This document shows, piece after piece, positions 7,844 to 16,670 of a DNA stretch of 64,000 bases. The stretch lies in assembly GCA_028711115.1 (NCBI GenBank), contig JAQTSV010000001.1, forward strand, positions 326,032 to 390,031. The letters run 5' to 3'. The position numbers were made by a program, and so were the translations under genes. This DNA comes from Candidatus Omnitrophota bacterium. Its GTDB lineage: Bacteria > Omnitrophota > Gorgyraeia > Velamenicoccales > JABMQK01. Each line of letters starts with the position of its first letter. Positions within the stretch are counted from its first letter, which is position 1. Under the pieces are notes generated by a model. That model saw only the letters and a list, made by a program, of their open reading frames with translations. It was not told the DNA's origin and made no database searches.

Positions 7844-8613
7844 GTTACAATTTTTTTATTTTTGTTCTGGGGCTGGTAACAGGCAGCTTCCTGAATGTCT
7901 GTATTTATCGCCTGCCGCGGGAACAATCTGTGGTAAAGCCGCGTTCCCGCTGCCCGCATTGTAAAAAAACAATTGCCTGGTATGATAATATTCCTCTTTT
8001 AAGCTATATAATGCTGCGCGGTAAGTGCCGTAATTGTAGTACAAAGATTCCTTTTCAGTATTTTATCGTCGAGCTGCTTACAGCTTTTATGTTTTTATGG
8101 GTTTACAACCAGTTCGGCTTTACAATTTTAAGCCTTATTTATATTATTTTTATTTGTGGTTTAATTATTGCTACTTTTGTGGATTTTAATTTCCGCATTA
8201 TTCCTGACGAAATAAACATAGGCGGTATTATTCTGGGTTTAGTTATCAGTTTCATTTATCCATATCTGCATAATAGCAGCGTTAATATTTTAGGTCTCTA
8301 CAGATCTTTCTTGGGTATAATAATCGGTGGTGGTATAATTTGGATTACAGGCATAATCGGCGATTTCGTATTTAAAAAAGAGACCATGGGCGGCGGAGAT
8401 GTGAAGTTGTTGGCGATGATCGGCGCTTTCCTGGGCTGGAAGATGGCAATTTTGACATTTTTTATAGCTCCAATATTCGGCGCTATCGTCGGCATAATTA
8501 TAAAATTAAGGACAAAAAACAGCCTCATTGCTTATGGTCCGTATTTATCGCTGGCTTCTGTAGTCGTATTGTTCTGGGGAGAAAATATTTTAATGTGGAT
8601 TTTATTCAGATAA
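7807..8613 (+). CDS. pilD: Prepilin peptidase / N-methyltransferase (peptidase A24, PilD/GspO family)
   Basis: 268 aa. Zn-binding CPHCKKTIAWYDNIPLLSYIMLRGKCRNC, multiple TM segments and the catalytic-region motif GGGDVKLLAMIGAFLGW. The exact start is uncertain (GTG at 7807 overlaps aroE by 37 nt). Confidence 0.88.
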   Translation: MAGFIFSNFDKVGYNFFIFVLGLVTGSFLNVCIYRLPREQSVVKPRSRCPHCKKTIAWYDNIPLLSYIMLRGKCRNCSTKIPFQYFIVELLTAFMFLWVYNQFGFTILSLIYIIFICGLIIATFVDFNFRIIPDEINIGGIILGLVISFIYPYLHNSSVNILGLYRSFLGIIIGGGIIWITGIIGDFVFKKETMGGGDVKLLAMIGAFLGWKMAILTFFIAPIFGAIVGIIIKLRTKNSLIAYGPYLSLASVVVLFWGENILMWILFR

Positions 8614-8640
8614 AAATATTATTTTAGAAGGGGGATTAAA

Positions 8641-9678
8641 ATGTTAAGATTCCTAACGTCAGGAGAATCACACGGTAAGGCTCTTTTGGGTATTTTGGAA
8701 GGCATGCCCGCGGGTTTAAAGATAGATAGAAATTCCATTGATGAGGAATTGTCAAGAAGGCAATCCGGATATGGCCGCGGCGAACGTATGCAGATTGAAA
8801 AAGACAAGGTGGATATCTTAAGCGGCGTAATTAAATCTGTGACTATCGGCAGCCCCATAGGCTTATTGATTAAAAATAAGGATGCGAGTATAGACAAATT
8901 GCCGCCTTTGTATTTTCCCCGCCCGGGTCATGGTGACCTTGCCGGAGGTTTAAAATATGGATTTGGCGATTTGCGCTGCGTGTTGGAGCGCGCCTCTGCC
9001 AGAGAAACCGCTGTACGCGTTGCTGTCGGCGCAATCTGCAAAACGCTGTTGGATAAATTTAAGATTAAGATTTCCAGCGAAATCTGTTCTATCGGAGGCA
9101 AGACGCAGGAAAATAAAATCAAACAAGTTATTGACGAAGCCAAGAAAAATAAGGATACGCTGGGTGGTATTTTCAAAATAGTAGCCAAAGGCGTGCCGGT
9201 GGGGTTAGGTAGCTACGTTCATTATGACAGAAGGCTGGATGCAGGCCTGGCCTGCGGCCTTATGTCTGTTCCCGCCATAAAGGCAGTGGAAATAGGCCTG
9301 GGTTTTGGTTATGCCGATAAACACGGTTCAGATGTCCACGATGCAATTTACTATAATAAAAATAAAGGATATTACCGTCTTACCAATAATGCCGGCGGCA
9401 TAGAGGCAGGGGTAAGTAACGGAGAAAATATCGTATTACGTGTCTGCATGAAACCGATTTCTACTTTGGGCAATTCTTTGGATTCCGTGGATATCAGGAA
9501 TAAGAAGCCGCACAAGGCTCAGGTTGAGCGTTATGATACATGCGCTGTTTATGCTGCAAGCGTTGTGGGCGAGGCTGTAGTCGCTTTTGAGATAGCCAAG
9601 GCATTCTTGGAAAAATTCGGCAGCGACAGCATAAAAGAAATATCCCGAAATTTTATCTCCTATCTAAAAAGTATCTAA
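8641..9678 (+). CDS. aroC: Chorismate synthase
   Basis: 345 aa. Motifs: RFLTSGESHGKAL, SRRQSGYGRGERM, ERASARETA. Confidence 0.93.
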   Translation: MLRFLTSGESHGKALLGILEGMPAGLKIDRNSIDEELSRRQSGYGRGERMQIEKDKVDILSGVIKSVTIGSPIGLLIKNKDASIDKLPPLYFPRPGHGDLAGGLKYGFGDLRCVLERASARETAVRVAVGAICKTLLDKFKIKISSEICSIGGKTQENKIKQVIDEAKKNKDTLGGIFKIVAKGVPVGLGSYVHYDRRLDAGLACGLMSVPAIKAVEIGLGFGYADKHGSDVHDAIYYNKNKGYYRLTNNAGGIEAGVSNGENIVLRVCMKPISTLGNSLDSVDIRNKKPHKAQVERYDTCAVYAASVVGEAVVAFEIAKAFLEKFGSDSIKEISRNFISYLKSI

Positions 9679-9709
9679 AATTCCCTAACCTTTTGTTTTT
9701 CTGATAGTT

Positions 9710-9733
9710 GCATATCTAAGGCAAAAGATATGC
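9710..9733 (+). terminator. 8-bp stem-loop after aroC (weak terminator candidate)
   Basis: GCATATCT(9710-9717), loop AAGGCAAA, then AGATATGC(9726-9733). It is followed by TTACCTAAAT, so the U-tract is poor. Confidence 0.25.
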
Positions 9734-9754
9734 TTACCTAAATATGTCTTTTAT

Positions 9755-9783
9755 TTGACAGTTTTATATTGTTATGTTAAAAT
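9755..9783 (+). promoter_or_regulatory. Near-consensus sigma70-type promoter directly abutting the aroK start codon
   Basis: TTGACA(9755-9760), a 17-bp spacer, then TAAAAT(9778-9783). The aroK ATG at 9791 is 7 nt after the -10 element. No SD is present in 9784-9790. Confidence 0.5.
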
Positions 9784-9790
9784 CTCCCCA

Positions 9791-10306
9791 ATGAAAAATA
9801 TATATCTAGTCGGATTTATGGCTACAGGAAAAACCTCCGTAGGTAAAGAATTGGCCAGAAGGTTACGTAGGGAATTTTTTGACCTTGATGATTTAATCGA
9901 ACAGAGAGAAAATAAGCGCATAGTGGATATATTCAGGGAAAAAGGAGAACCTTATTTCCGTAAGCTCGAAAAAGAAATCATTCAGGAGACCTCGCTCAAG
10001 AAAAATTTGGTAGTTGGTTGTGGTGGCGGAGCGGTAGCCAGCGAAGAAAATCTGACCATTTTTAAAAAGAGCGGATTAGTAATCTGTCTTGCAGCAGAAA
10101 TAGATACTATATTAGAACGCACCAAGAACAATACGCAGAGGCCGCTTCTTAATGTTAAACATCCCAAAGAGCAAATTAAAGAGCTGCTTACCAAAAGAGA
10201 ACCATTTTATAAGCAAGCAGATTATAGGATAGACACCACCGGTTTAAGCGTAAAAGAAGTCGCAGATAAAGTTACGGCTATTATTAATAAAGATAAGACA
10301 AAGTAA
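9791..10306 (+). CDS. aroK: Shikimate kinase
   Basis: MKNIYLVGFMATGKTSVGKELA (P-loop right at the N-terminus, as is usual for AroK) and GCGGGAV. The ORF-track start at TTG 9755 coincides with the -35 box, so I prefer ATG 9791. Confidence 0.88.
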   Translation: MKNIYLVGFMATGKTSVGKELARRLRREFFDLDDLIEQRENKRIVDIFREKGEPYFRKLEKEIIQETSLKKNLVVGCGGGAVASEENLTIFKKSGLVICLAAEIDTILERTKNNTQRPLLNVKHPKEQIKELLTKREPFYKQADYRIDTTGLSVKEVADKVTAIINKDKTK

Positions 10307-11424
10307 TGAATGACTTTGAAGCATTAGTCCTGCTTAATATGGTTCCTTCTCTGGGCAGCATCTCTATATCACGCCTTTTGAATGCTTTTGACAAACCTCA
10401 GGAAGTTTTTGATGCCTCCCCAGAAAAATTGTCCGGCGTCGAAGGTATCACTGCCCGTAAAATCAGCGAGATAAAGAAAGCAAGGAAATCTGTTAATTTG
10501 GAGCGGGAATTAAAATTAGCCAAAGATAGCGGTATAAATATTATTACTATTTTAGACGATAATTATCCGGAGAACCTGAAAAATATCTACGACCCGCCGG
10601 CAGTATTGTATGTAAAAGGTGAATTTCTGGATTGTGATTATAACAGCGTTGGCGTTGTAGGTTCTCGCCGGGCATCGTTTTACGGATTATCCACTGCCTC
10701 GCGTTTGAGTGCGGAGTTATCCGGTTTAGGTTTAACTATAGTTTCGGGTTTGGCCAGAGGAATAGATACTGCAAGCCACAAAGGAGCCTTAAGCGCCAAT
10801 GGCCGCACCATCGCAGTATTGGGCAGCGGCCTTTTGAAAATGTATCCGCCGGAAAATGAAAAACTGGCGGAGGAGATTTCTAAAAATGGCGCAGTGATTT
10901 CCGAATTCAGCCTGGAAACTCCTCCTTTGGCGAGAAACTTTCCGCGCAGGAATCGTATTATAAGCGGCCTTTGTCTTGGCATTGTAATAGTAGAGGCGGC
11001 GCGTAATAGCGGAGCATTGATTACTGCGGACTCAGCCTTGCAACAAGGGAGAGAAGTGTTTGCCGTCCCGGGCAAAATGGATTCTTTTACTTCGGTGGGA
11101 ACGCATAATTTGATTAAGCAGGGCGCAAAACTTATTTCTAACAGTCAGGATATAATGGAAGAACTGGTTATAAAACTAAAACAATTTTCTGAAACCAAGG
11201 AAGATAAATCCGTAGCGGCAAAAGACAATACTAAAAAACAAAATGCAATATTAGACAAAGAGGCGGACAGCGTATATAAAATATTGTCTCAGGAGCCGCA
11301 GCATATAGATGAGATTATAAATTTAACCAATATGAATGTATCGCAGATTAGCTCCATACTTATGAAATTACAATTAACCAACATGGCAAAGGAACTGCCG
11401 GGTAAAAACTTCGTGAGGGTTTAA
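10306..11424 (+). CDS. dprA: DNA processing/protecting protein DprA (Smf)
   Basis: 372 aa. Motifs: VGSRRASFYG, IVSGLARGIDTASHKGAL, ARNFPRRNRIISGL, and a C-terminal winged-helix-like tail. Confidence 0.9.
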   Translation: MNDFEALVLLNMVPSLGSISISRLLNAFDKPQEVFDASPEKLSGVEGITARKISEIKKARKSVNLERELKLAKDSGINIITILDDNYPENLKNIYDPPAVLYVKGEFLDCDYNSVGVVGSRRASFYGLSTASRLSAELSGLGLTIVSGLARGIDTASHKGALSANGRTIAVLGSGLLKMYPPENEKLAEEISKNGAVISEFSLETPPLARNFPRRNRIISGLCLGIVIVEAARNSGALITADSALQQGREVFAVPGKMDSFTSVGTHNLIKQGAKLISNSQDIMEELVIKLKQFSETKEDKSVAAKDNTKKQNAILDKEADSVYKILSQEPQHIDEIINLTNMNVSQISSILMKLQLTNMAKELPGKNFVRV

Positions 11425-11427
11425 ATT

Positions 11428-13404
11428 ATGAAAAAGAATCTTGTTATCGTGGAATCACCAGCAAAGGCAAAGACAATCTCTAAATTTTTGGATCCCAAAT
11501 TTGTCGTCGTATCGTGTATGGGCCACATTATAGACCTGCCCCAAAAAGAACTGGGTATTCAGATAGAGGATAATTTTAAGGCGGATTATGTAGTCATACC
11601 AAAAAAACAAAAACTCCTTACGCAATTGAAGAAAGATGCCAAGGATAAAGAGAAAATATATTTTGCTACAGACCCAGACAGGGAAGGAGAAGCTATCGGT
11701 TGGAATTTAAAAGAAAAGTTAAAGACTAAAGACAAACAGTCTTTGCGGGTTGTGTTTCATGAAATTACCAAGGGGGCAATTGAAGAGGCATTTAAAACGC
11801 CGCGGGATTTTGACGTCAATAAAATTCAGGCGCAACAGGCCCGCCGTATTCTGGATAGAATCGTAGGTTATTTTTTGAGCCCTTTATTATGGCGAAAGGT
11901 CAGCCGGGGATTGAGCGCAGGCAGAGTGCAATCTGTAGCCCTTCGGCTTATTGTGGAAAGGGAGAGAGAAATCCAGAAATTTGTTGCGGATGAATTCTGG
12001 AAGATAACAGCAGAACTGAATAAAAAAGAAGCCAAGACAAAACAGGATAAGCTGAATTTCTTTGCCCGTCTGGACAAACAGAATGACAAAAAGATTGAGA
12101 TAAAAAATAAAAAGGATGCAGATGATATTACCGAAAAAATAAAGAATAATTCCTTTACGGTGAAGGATATTCAGATTCAGAAAAAGAAGAAAAATCCTCC
12201 CGCGCCTTTTATCACCAGTTCTTTGCAGCAGGAATCATTTAATAAATTGGGATTTTCTACCACCAAGACAATGGTTTTGGCGCAGGGGCTCTATGAAGGG
12301 ATTGAACTCGGCGAGGAAGGCTCAGTGGGCCTTATCACATACATGAGGACAGATTCAACCCATATCGCGCAAGTTGCCATAGAAGAATTGAGAAAGTTCA
12401 TCTCTGGCAAATACGGGAAGGAATATCTTCCTGAAAAACCCAATGTGTATAAATCCAGGGCGCTGGCACAAGAAGCACACGAGGCCATTCGCCCCACCAG
12501 TTGTTTCAGAGAGCCGCAAAGCATAAAGCAATACCTGTCTCCAGAGCAATATAAATTATATGAACTGATTTGGAAAAGGGCGGTGGCATCCCAGATGAAT
12601 CCCGCGCTGTATGAGTTTACTTTAGTCGATATACAGGCAGGAGAATTTTTGTTCAAGGCAAGCGGTTTTGATGTGTTATTCAAAGGTTACGGCACATTAT
12701 ATGCTTTAGAAATCGATGAAGAGGAAGAAGAAAAAACATCGCTGCCTGAATTAACCATAGGGGAGAATCTGAATTTGGTAAACCTTACGCCTTCGCAGCA
12801 TTTTACCAAACCGCCCGCGCGTTTTTCCGAAGGTTCTTTGGTAAAGGCGCTGGAAGAAGACGGCGTAGGCAGGCCGAGTACTTACGCGCCGGTCATTCAG
12901 ACAATAATTTCCCGTGATTATGTGCGCAGGCTAAAGGGTTATTTATTTCCTACGGAATTAGGATTTAAGGTAAGCGATTTATTGGTCGAGTATTTCCCCA
13001 AGATTATGAATATAGAGTTTACTGCACGCATGGAAGAGGAATTAGACAGGGTGGAAGACGGCAGTTATAACTGGATAAACGTGCTGAATGAATTCTATCA
13101 TCCGTTTAAAGAGAGTATTGATTTTGCAAAGAAGACCATTAAGAAAGAAGTGGTATTTTCAGACCAGAAATGTGAAAAATGCGGCAAACAGATGGTCGTA
13201 AAATGGGGCAGGAGGGGAAAATTCCTCAGCTGTTCGGATTATCCACGCTGCAAATTTTCCAAGTCGATAACTACGGGAAAAATTTGCCCCGAACCGAACT
13301 GCGGCGGTGAATTGATAGAGAGAAGATCTTCCAAGGGCAAGATTTTTTACGGCTGTTCCAATTTTCCCAAGTGCAGATTTACTTCCAGCAAGTTGCCGGA
13401 ATAA
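11428..13404 (+). CDS. topA: DNA topoisomerase I (type IA) with two C-terminal C4 zinc ribbons
   Basis: 658 aa. Motifs: LVIVESPAKAKTISKFL, TDPDREGEAI, ITYMRTDS (active-site Tyr region). Zinc ribbons: CEKCGKQ...CSDYPRC and CPEPNCGG...CSNFPKC. Confidence 0.95.
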   Translation: MKKNLVIVESPAKAKTISKFLDPKFVVVSCMGHIIDLPQKELGIQIEDNFKADYVVIPKKQKLLTQLKKDAKDKEKIYFATDPDREGEAIGWNLKEKLKTKDKQSLRVVFHEITKGAIEEAFKTPRDFDVNKIQAQQARRILDRIVGYFLSPLLWRKVSRGLSAGRVQSVALRLIVEREREIQKFVADEFWKITAELNKKEAKTKQDKLNFFARLDKQNDKKIEIKNKKDADDITEKIKNNSFTVKDIQIQKKKKNPPAPFITSSLQQESFNKLGFSTTKTMVLAQGLYEGIELGEEGSVGLITYMRTDSTHIAQVAIEELRKFISGKYGKEYLPEKPNVYKSRALAQEAHEAIRPTSCFREPQSIKQYLSPEQYKLYELIWKRAVASQMNPALYEFTLVDIQAGEFLFKASGFDVLFKGYGTLYALEIDEEEEEKTSLPELTIGENLNLVNLTPSQHFTKPPARFSEGSLVKALEEDGVGRPSTYAPVIQTIISRDYVRRLKGYLFPTELGFKVSDLLVEYFPKIMNIEFTARMEEELDRVEDGSYNWINVLNEFYHPFKESIDFAKKTIKKEVVFSDQKCEKCGKQMVVKWGRRGKFLSCSDYPRCKFSKSITTGKICPEPNCGGELIERRSSKGKIFYGCSNFPKCRFTSSKLPE

Positions 13405-13418
13405 AATTCTGATTGAAT

Positions 13419-14297
13419 ATGGATAGATTTATCGAGAAATTTTTAAGGTATTTGGAGATAGAAAAGAATTCTTCTGGGCATACTCTTTTAAATTACAAGC
13501 TAGACCTTTGCGATTTTAAAAAGTTCTTACAGGACAAACCTATCGAAGGTGTAGATTATCTGACATTGCGCAAATTCCTGGCCTATCTAAAAGAAAATAA
13601 TCTTAATAATCGTACAGTAGCCAGAAAATTATCGTGCCTGCGCAGTTTCTACAGATTTCTGTTCAGAGAAGGACTTATCAAAAGCAGTCCGGCTGTAATG
13701 TTATCTACTCCTAAGCAGGATAAGATGCTGCCTAATTTTATGACAGAGGAGGAGGTTGTCAAATTAATCGAGGCGCCCAGCCGGGACAATCTGCTTGGTT
13801 TACGCGACCGCGCTATGTTTGAGACGTTATATTCCACAGGCATGCGCGTATCCGAATTGGTTTCTTTGAATTTAGACAGTATCGATTTTATCGGTTCGGT
13901 AGTCAAAGTTTTAGGCAAAGGTAAAAAAGAAAGATTGCTGCCTATCGGAGAGACAGCCCTGGAGGCAATAAATAAATATTTATCATCGAGGAATTCCAGC
14001 AAGAAGATAAAAATCCAAACCAAAACTCTCTTTTTAAATAAAAATAATACACGCATTACAGATAGAGGGGTGAGAAAGGTTATCAATAAATATATCCGTA
14101 CTGCGAGCTTAAAATCAGGAATTTCTCCGCATACCTTAAGGCATTCTTTTGCCACGCATTTATTAAACAGGGGAGCTGATTTGAGGTCTGTCCAGGAATT
14201 GTTGGGCCATGCCAATCTTTCCACGACCCAGATTTATACGCACTTAACCACCGACAAACTGAAAGCCGTATACGACAAAGCTCATCCGCGGGCATAA
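13419..14297 (+). CDS. xerC: Tyrosine recombinase XerC/XerD family (chromosome dimer resolution)
   Basis: RHSFATHLLNRGADLRSVQELLGHANLSTTQIYTH (R-H-R-Y catalytic region) and an N-terminal SAM-like domain. The dprA-topA-xer synteny is housekeeping. I prefer ATG 13419 over TTG 13413. Confidence 0.85.
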   Translation: MDRFIEKFLRYLEIEKNSSGHTLLNYKLDLCDFKKFLQDKPIEGVDYLTLRKFLAYLKENNLNNRTVARKLSCLRSFYRFLFREGLIKSSPAVMLSTPKQDKMLPNFMTEEEVVKLIEAPSRDNLLGLRDRAMFETLYSTGMRVSELVSLNLDSIDFIGSVVKVLGKGKKERLLPIGETALEAINKYLSSRNSSKKIKIQTKTLFLNKNNTRITDRGVRKVINKYIRTASLKSGISPHTLRHSFATHLLNRGADLRSVQELLGHANLSTTQIYTHLTTDKLKAVYDKAHPRA

Positions 14298-14298
14298 T

Positions 14299-15582
14299 AT
14301 GAGAATTATTTTGATTCTATACGATTTTATCTTGATTTTGTTGATACCGTTTTATATTTGTTCCTTGATATTAAAGGGCAAATTTAGCCGGGAGGTTTTT
14401 AAGCGTTTCCGGATAATAGACAAGGATATTTTAAAGACCATCGATAATAAAAATGTTATCTGGCTGCACGCTGTAAGTTTAGGCGAAATTTCCACTTGCA
14501 AGAGCCTGATCAGACAATTAAGCCTTAGATTCCCTCAGAAGATTATTTTTATCACCACTATTACTTCTACGGGCAGGGCCTTGGCACAAAGTTTTTCCAA
14601 GGATAATGTGGTAAGCGCATACATACCTTTTGATTTGAGTTTTCTTATAAATCCGCTTATTAAGATAATAAAGCCGAGCTTACTTATTTTAATTGAAACA
14701 GAACTTTGGCCGAATCTATTGTATCACACAGAAAAAAGAAAGATTCCCGTCTTGGTATTGAATGCAAGACTGTCGGATCAGTCTTTTGGTAAATATCGTT
14801 TCTTTGGCTGGTTTGTGAAAAGATTGACCAGGGGAATAAAGATGTTTTGCGTCCAATCTGATATAGACAGAGATAGATTCTTGGAATTAGGTGTTGCAAG
14901 AGAGCGCGTGAATGTAACCGGCAATATGAAATTTGATGCGATTGAAGAATTGGGTCCAGAACAGCTGGGGAAGCTGGATAGTTTCAAGAATAAAATCGCT
15001 CTATCAGAAGAAACTTTTTTTATCGTGGCTGGCAGCACACACAATCAAGAAGAAGAATATATCTTAGATGCCTTTATTGAATTGCATAGGCGGTTTAATA
15101 ATTTGCGGCTGTTAATTGCGCCTCGCCATCTGGAAAGGTTGGGTTCTATTGAAGATTTGATTGAGAAAAAAAATATAAAATCAGAGAGGTTTTCCCAATT
15201 GAAATCAGCATCTTCAGATTCAATTTTACTTCTGGATACTATCGGTGAACTGCGGCTTGTTTATGCCTTGGCCAGTCTTGTATTTGTGGGCGGAAGCCTC
15301 GTTCCCATAGGCGGGCACAATATATTAGAACCGGCCTTTTTTGAAAAACCGATAGTGGTTGGCCCTTATATGCATAATTCCAAAGCCATAACAGAACTTT
15401 TCTTGTCTGGCAATGCTTTGGTCCAGCTAAAAGATACCAGCGAGTTAAAGTCAAAAATCGCAGAACTTATTTCCAACAGGGACAAGCTTATAGCTTTGGG
15501 TAAGGCCGCAAAGTCAGTATTGGCATCTAAGCAAGGCGCCACAATTTTAAATTTAGGCATAATCGAGAAGAATATTTTATGA
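14299..15582 (+). CDS. waaA: 3-deoxy-D-manno-octulosonic acid (Kdo) transferase
   Basis: 427 aa. IWLHAVSLGEISTCKSLIRQL and ITTITSTGRA are typical KdtA/WaaA N-terminal motifs. It sits next to lpxK. Confidence 0.9.
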   Translation: MRIILILYDFILILLIPFYICSLILKGKFSREVFKRFRIIDKDILKTIDNKNVIWLHAVSLGEISTCKSLIRQLSLRFPQKIIFITTITSTGRALAQSFSKDNVVSAYIPFDLSFLINPLIKIIKPSLLILIETELWPNLLYHTEKRKIPVLVLNARLSDQSFGKYRFFGWFVKRLTRGIKMFCVQSDIDRDRFLELGVARERVNVTGNMKFDAIEELGPEQLGKLDSFKNKIALSEETFFIVAGSTHNQEEEYILDAFIELHRRFNNLRLLIAPRHLERLGSIEDLIEKKNIKSERFSQLKSASSDSILLLDTIGELRLVYALASLVFVGGSLVPIGGHNILEPAFFEKPIVVGPYMHNSKAITELFLSGNALVQLKDTSELKSKIAELISNRDKLIALGKAAKSVLASKQGATILNLGIIEKNIL

Positions 15583-16670
15583 AATTAGATAATTCCTATC
15601 TTTTGTTCAAGAAAAGAGATCCATTGTTTTGGATGTGCCTGCCATTATTATATCTTTTATCGCTTATCTATTATCTGGTAGTTTTGATTCTTGAATTTGC
15701 ATACAGGATGAAAATCTTACCAACCTACAGAGCGAAATTTAAAGTAGTCAGCGTAGGCAATATTACTTTGGGAGGGACAGGCAAGACTCCGCTTGTAGAA
15801 TGGATAGTGGCTTATTTGAGCAAAAATGGCAAAAGCCCGGGCATTATCATACGCGGTTACAAGAAAGTCAATCCTCACCAGGACGGAATAGTTAAGGATA
15901 AAGCCAGTTACTTTGATATCGGCGATGAAGCCAGTATGTTCAAAGAAGAATTCAAGGGCGTCAGTATTTGCGTAGGCAGAGACAAGATAAAGAGTGCACA
16001 GCAATTGGAGAAAGAAAACTGTGGAGTAGCTATTCTCGACGATGGTTTCCAGCATTGGCGCCTTAAAAGAGATTTGGATATTGTTACCATTGATGCTTCA
16101 TTTTCTCTCTTCGGCCAAATGCTTTTACCTTTAGGCAGATTGCGCGAGCCTTTGAATAGTCTTAAAAGAGCCGATATTTTTGTTCTGACCAAAACTGATT
16201 GGTCGCAGGATAATACTCAGGGTATTAAGAAAGAATTAAAAGAAATTAATCCCAGCGCCCCGGTTGTCAGTTCAATATACCAACCGGTGTGTTTTTCTGA
16301 AATTAAGACAGGGAAGTCTTTCCCCATTGATTCTGAGAAATTGGCGGATAAGCCGGTTTTTATTCTGTCCGGCATTGCCAATCCTTTATATTTCGACAGG
16401 ATGCTTTCTAAATTAAGGCTAAAGATCAGACGAGAATTTATTTATCCTGACCACTACGCCTATAAAAGCAATGACTTAGAACTCATAAATAAATTAGCCC
16501 GGGACAACGATACAGGTATCATAATTACTACCCATAAAGATGCGGTGAAATTAAAACAGTATGTTAATTTTATGAAAAACACAGATATATATTATTTAAA
16601 AATTAAATTAAAAATCACGGAAAATGAAAAAGAATTCTCTGATAGATTACTGTCTTTATTTAATAGCTAA
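15579..16670 (+). CDS. lpxK: Tetraacyldisaccharide 4'-kinase
   Basis: 363 aa. VVSVGNITLGGTGKTPLVEWI (LpxK P-loop) and ILDDGFQH. ATGA overlap with waaA. Confidence 0.9.
   Translation: MKLDNSYLLFKKRDPLFWMCLPLLYLLSLIYYLVVLILEFAYRMKILPTYRAKFKVVSVGNITLGGTGKTPLVEWIVAYLSKNGKSPGIIIRGYKKVNPHQDGIVKDKASYFDIGDEASMFKEEFKGVSICVGRDKIKSAQQLEKENCGVAILDDGFQHWRLKRDLDIVTIDASFSLFGQMLLPLGRLREPLNSLKRADIFVLTKTDWSQDNTQGIKKELKEINPSAPVVSSIYQPVCFSEIKTGKSFPIDSEKLADKPVFILSGIANPLYFDRMLSKLRLKIRREFIYPDHYAYKSNDLELINKLARDNDTGIIITTHKDAVKLKQYVNFMKNTDIYYLKIKLKITENEKEFSDRLLSLFNS

Noticed and set aside
8957-9181. Nested + strand ORFs in alternative frames (8957-9181 within aroC; 36040-36228 within clpP).
   Set aside because: The host-gene frames carry the canonical AroC and ClpP motifs. 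The nested ORFs are Arg/Ser-rich with no RBS.
13649-14224. 191-aa minus-strand ORF inside xerC. Similar long antisense ORFs occur at 17763-18350, 26413-26925, 2492-2974, 5288-5761, 36590-37069 and 42860-43306.
   Set aside because: All are fully nested antisense to confidently identified genes, lack recognisable domains and have biased, low-complexity composition. I treat them as shadow ORFs.
13419-14297. Tyrosine recombinase as a possible marker of an integrated mobile element or genomic island.
   Set aside because: The context is the conserved housekeeping dprA-topA-xerC arrangement, and the sequence is XerC/D-like in length and motifs. There is no flanking tRNA, no direct repeats and no phage or transposon genes. 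The LPS genes downstream are co-oriented and tightly coupled.
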